64,000 nt of DNA. It comes from a virus (taxonomy: Duplodnaviria > Heunggongvirae > Uroviricota > Caudoviricetes). Positions 62,274-64,000 of the stretch are shown piece by piece. The DNA lies in the IMG/VR virus record IMGVR_UViG_2910596823_000004; one strand, 5' to 3'. The stretch's first letter is position 1. Every line of letters begins with the position of its first letter. The notes beneath the pieces are model-generated. The model made no database searches. It saw nothing but the letters and a program-made list of their open reading frames with translations, and was not told the origin of the DNA. Made by a program: the position numbers and the translations under genes.

Positions 62274-63509
62274 TTAACCGAAGATCTTCTGAACCACTTC
62301 ACGCGCTGCCTGTGCAGACGTGGATGGAAGTTTATTGATAAACGACTTTTCGATGCCGGCAGAGAAATCACCGCGCATCATTCCGATTTTTGCGGACAGC
62401 AGCAGCTCGCGAGGGCCGATTGGCTGGCTGATCAGATGCTGTTCATAACCTTCACGGACAAGGTTCGCGAACTTCACCATCTTCTCGGCGTATTCGCGGA
62501 TGACGCCAGCCTCAGCCAGCATGTTGACTTCAGCCTTAGTGCTCATGTACTTCACGTTCGAAACAATGCCGAAGCGCGAGAAGTTCGCCGCGTTTTGGAT
62601 GTTCGTACCTTGATAGAGACCCGTTTCGTCGCCAGAGCCGTTAGTGTTGCCAGTGCCAATGAAGGCAAAGCGTTTATGCGGAGTGATACGGCGCCAGTCC
62701 GGAGTTGCCTCTTTGATGATCAGCGGCTCTCCTTCAAGAACTGGCTGGTACACACCCAGAATCTGCGGGAACGCGAAGTCATATTCATCAGCGAGGTACA
62801 CCCAGCCATTTTTCATCGCCAGCGCCAGCAAACCAGGCTCGAAGTAGGTGGAGCCATCGCGAGCGAGGATCTGACCTGTAACGTGTGCTTCTTCCATAGA
62901 TGCCGTATGCTGGGCGCGGATCAGTGGTCGATTCAGCAGGGCGCATAGCTGCGTAGGAAGAGAAGATTTACCGGTTCCTGCATGACCCCAGAGATAGCCT
63001 GGGATTCCGATTTCCAGCATCATGAAGATGTCTTTAATTAGGTCGAAGTCGCCATACACATAGTTCTTCTTCGCTTCCGGTACGAACTCCGGATATGGCG
63101 TGTTGACGTTGACTGTCACCTGTAGTGGTTTTCCGCGTGGCGTTCCCAGCTCTTTGATCGTTACGCCAAGCAGCTCGTGCGCGGCCACCAGTTCAGTCTT
63201 GTATTCGACCGTTCCTACGTAGCCCGGATGTGCGCTAATCTCCGCTACTTTTCCTTCGCCTGAATGCTTTTCGGCACGCTTCTCATTGAGTTTGGCCAGT
63301 GCCGTGCGAGAGATCGTTGGTTCATCCGGAAACGCAGAGGTGTACATTTTCACCACTTCGTCCACGTCCAGACCCTTCGCGGACTCAGGAATGTTTTCGC
63401 AACGGCCCATAGAGATATGGGATTTCAGGTAATGAAAGGATTTGCCACACCACTTGCAGACGATGGCTTCCGGCAAATGTTCTTCTTGCTGTAGTGCAGT
63501 AGCGGTCAT
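62274..63509 (-). CDS. AAA+ ATPase (MoxR/CobS-like, AAA_5 type)
   Basis: Walker A GHAGTGKSSL, Walker B VYLADEYD. Confidence 0.55.
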   Translation of the reverse strand: MTATALQQEEHLPEAIVCKWCGKSFHYLKSHISMGRCENIPESAKGLDVDEVVKMYTSAFPDEPTISRTALAKLNEKRAEKHSGEGKVAEISAHPGYVGTVEYKTELVAAHELLGVTIKELGTPRGKPLQVTVNVNTPYPEFVPEAKKNYVYGDFDLIKDIFMMLEIGIPGYLWGHAGTGKSSLPTQLCALLNRPLIRAQHTASMEEAHVTGQILARDGSTYFEPGLLALAMKNGWVYLADEYDFAFPQILGVYQPVLEGEPLIIKEATPDWRRITPHKRFAFIGTGNTNGSGDETGLYQGTNIQNAANFSRFGIVSNVKYMSTKAEVNMLAEAGVIREYAEKMVKFANLVREGYEQHLISQPIGPRELLLSAKIGMMRGDFSAGIEKSFINKLPSTSAQAAREVVQKIFG

Positions 63510-63605
63510 GTGTTTTTCCTTACTGTTTGTCGTTCGTGGGGTATATCTTATATAAATATATTAGGCTGTATAGTAAGTGATTACTTATTTTTACAGGTAA
63601 AGCCA

Positions 63606-63935
63606 TTACCCAAGAATGATACGAGATAGCTCAGTGACAACTGACGGCCCTAACTCTTCTACGCTGTTTACCAATGCGTAATTTTTGTAGTAACGCCGTG
63701 GTGCGTCGGTCAAAACGCCGATAGCCATCAAATCGATGTCACTCAACGTCTCAATTTCTTTGGTGACGGTTCGCAAATGCTGATGGAACCCATCGCCTGC
63801 AGCACATGGCGCCCCGTCGCTCATAACCAGCATGATCTTCTTGTCCTCCATTCGCCCCGCAAACAGAGTCGCCAGCTGCGCGACGCTCTCACCATCGACG
63901 TTATTGGAGAGCATGAAAAACCTCGGGGCAGCCAT
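63606..63935 (-). CDS. Small vWA-like (CobT-like) protein fragment (109 aa)
   Basis: vWA beta-strand signature KIMLVMSDGAP. An in-frame TGA lies a few codons upstream of the ATG. Confidence 0.35.
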   Translation of the reverse strand: MAAPRFFMLSNNVDGESVAQLATLFAGRMEDKKIMLVMSDGAPCAAGDGFHQHLRTVTKEIETLSDIDLMAIGVLTDAPRRYYKNYALVNSVEELGPSVVTELSRIILG

Positions 63936-64000
63936 CGAATGATGCCATCTACAGGGGTTAAAATAACCACCATCATTTCATAACAATACCTGCTGACTAT

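Overview
The window reads as a large slice of a phage-plasmid, a tailed-phage genome carrying its own plasmid-type replicon. It is probably an enterobacterial element of the SSU5/pHCM2-like kind; that assignment is from memory only and needs a BLAST check.

Three things point to this:
- A packaging module at the left end: partial portal, large terminase (TerL), putative small terminase (TerS).
- A large minus-strand cluster of DNA replication, recombination and nucleotide-metabolism genes: DnaE-type Pol III alpha, DnaQ-like exonuclease, NrdA/NrdB, ThyA, DHFR, dNMP-kinase-like protein, RecA/UvsX-like recombinase, gp32-like SSB, 5'-3' FEN exonuclease, SbcC/SbcD-like, RuvC-like resolvase, SF2 helicase, two Dam-family MTases.
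- A P1-like plasmid replicon near 46.9-49.2 kb: a RepA-type initiator flanked on both sides by ~19-bp iterons, with a duplicated GATC-rich segment upstream.

An IS21-family element (IS100-like) interrupts a small HAD-like gene between thyA and folA, with an intact 5-bp target duplication. Calling the disrupted gene HAD-like is the least certain part of that reconstruction.

Most genes are on the minus strand. Plus-strand and lower-GC islands (judged by eye) hold accessory cargo:
- an AT-rich 216-aa moron bracketed by terminators;
- a Zn-finger-like protein plus a C-terminal GIY-YIG nuclease;
- a membrane protein plus an HNH-domain protein;
- lipoproteins, and a possible HicA/HicB-like pair.

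Two recurrent intergenic signals dominate the regulatory landscape:
- a ~35-nt motif, 'GATAATAACACCAACAAGAAAACAAnTTGTTTA', sits immediately 5' of at least 14 genes;
- a palindrome, 'GATAGGTAAGTACTTACCTATC', recurs in at least 15 intergenic gaps.

There are also two repeat-dense non-coding regions (10.9-11.5 kb and 14.4-15.7 kb). They share GGGAAACGG-type repeats, and the larger one has six GTAATGGC copies and strong strand skew. No CRISPR array, tRNA or integrase was found. All calls come from reading the sequence and from motif recognition, with no database searches.
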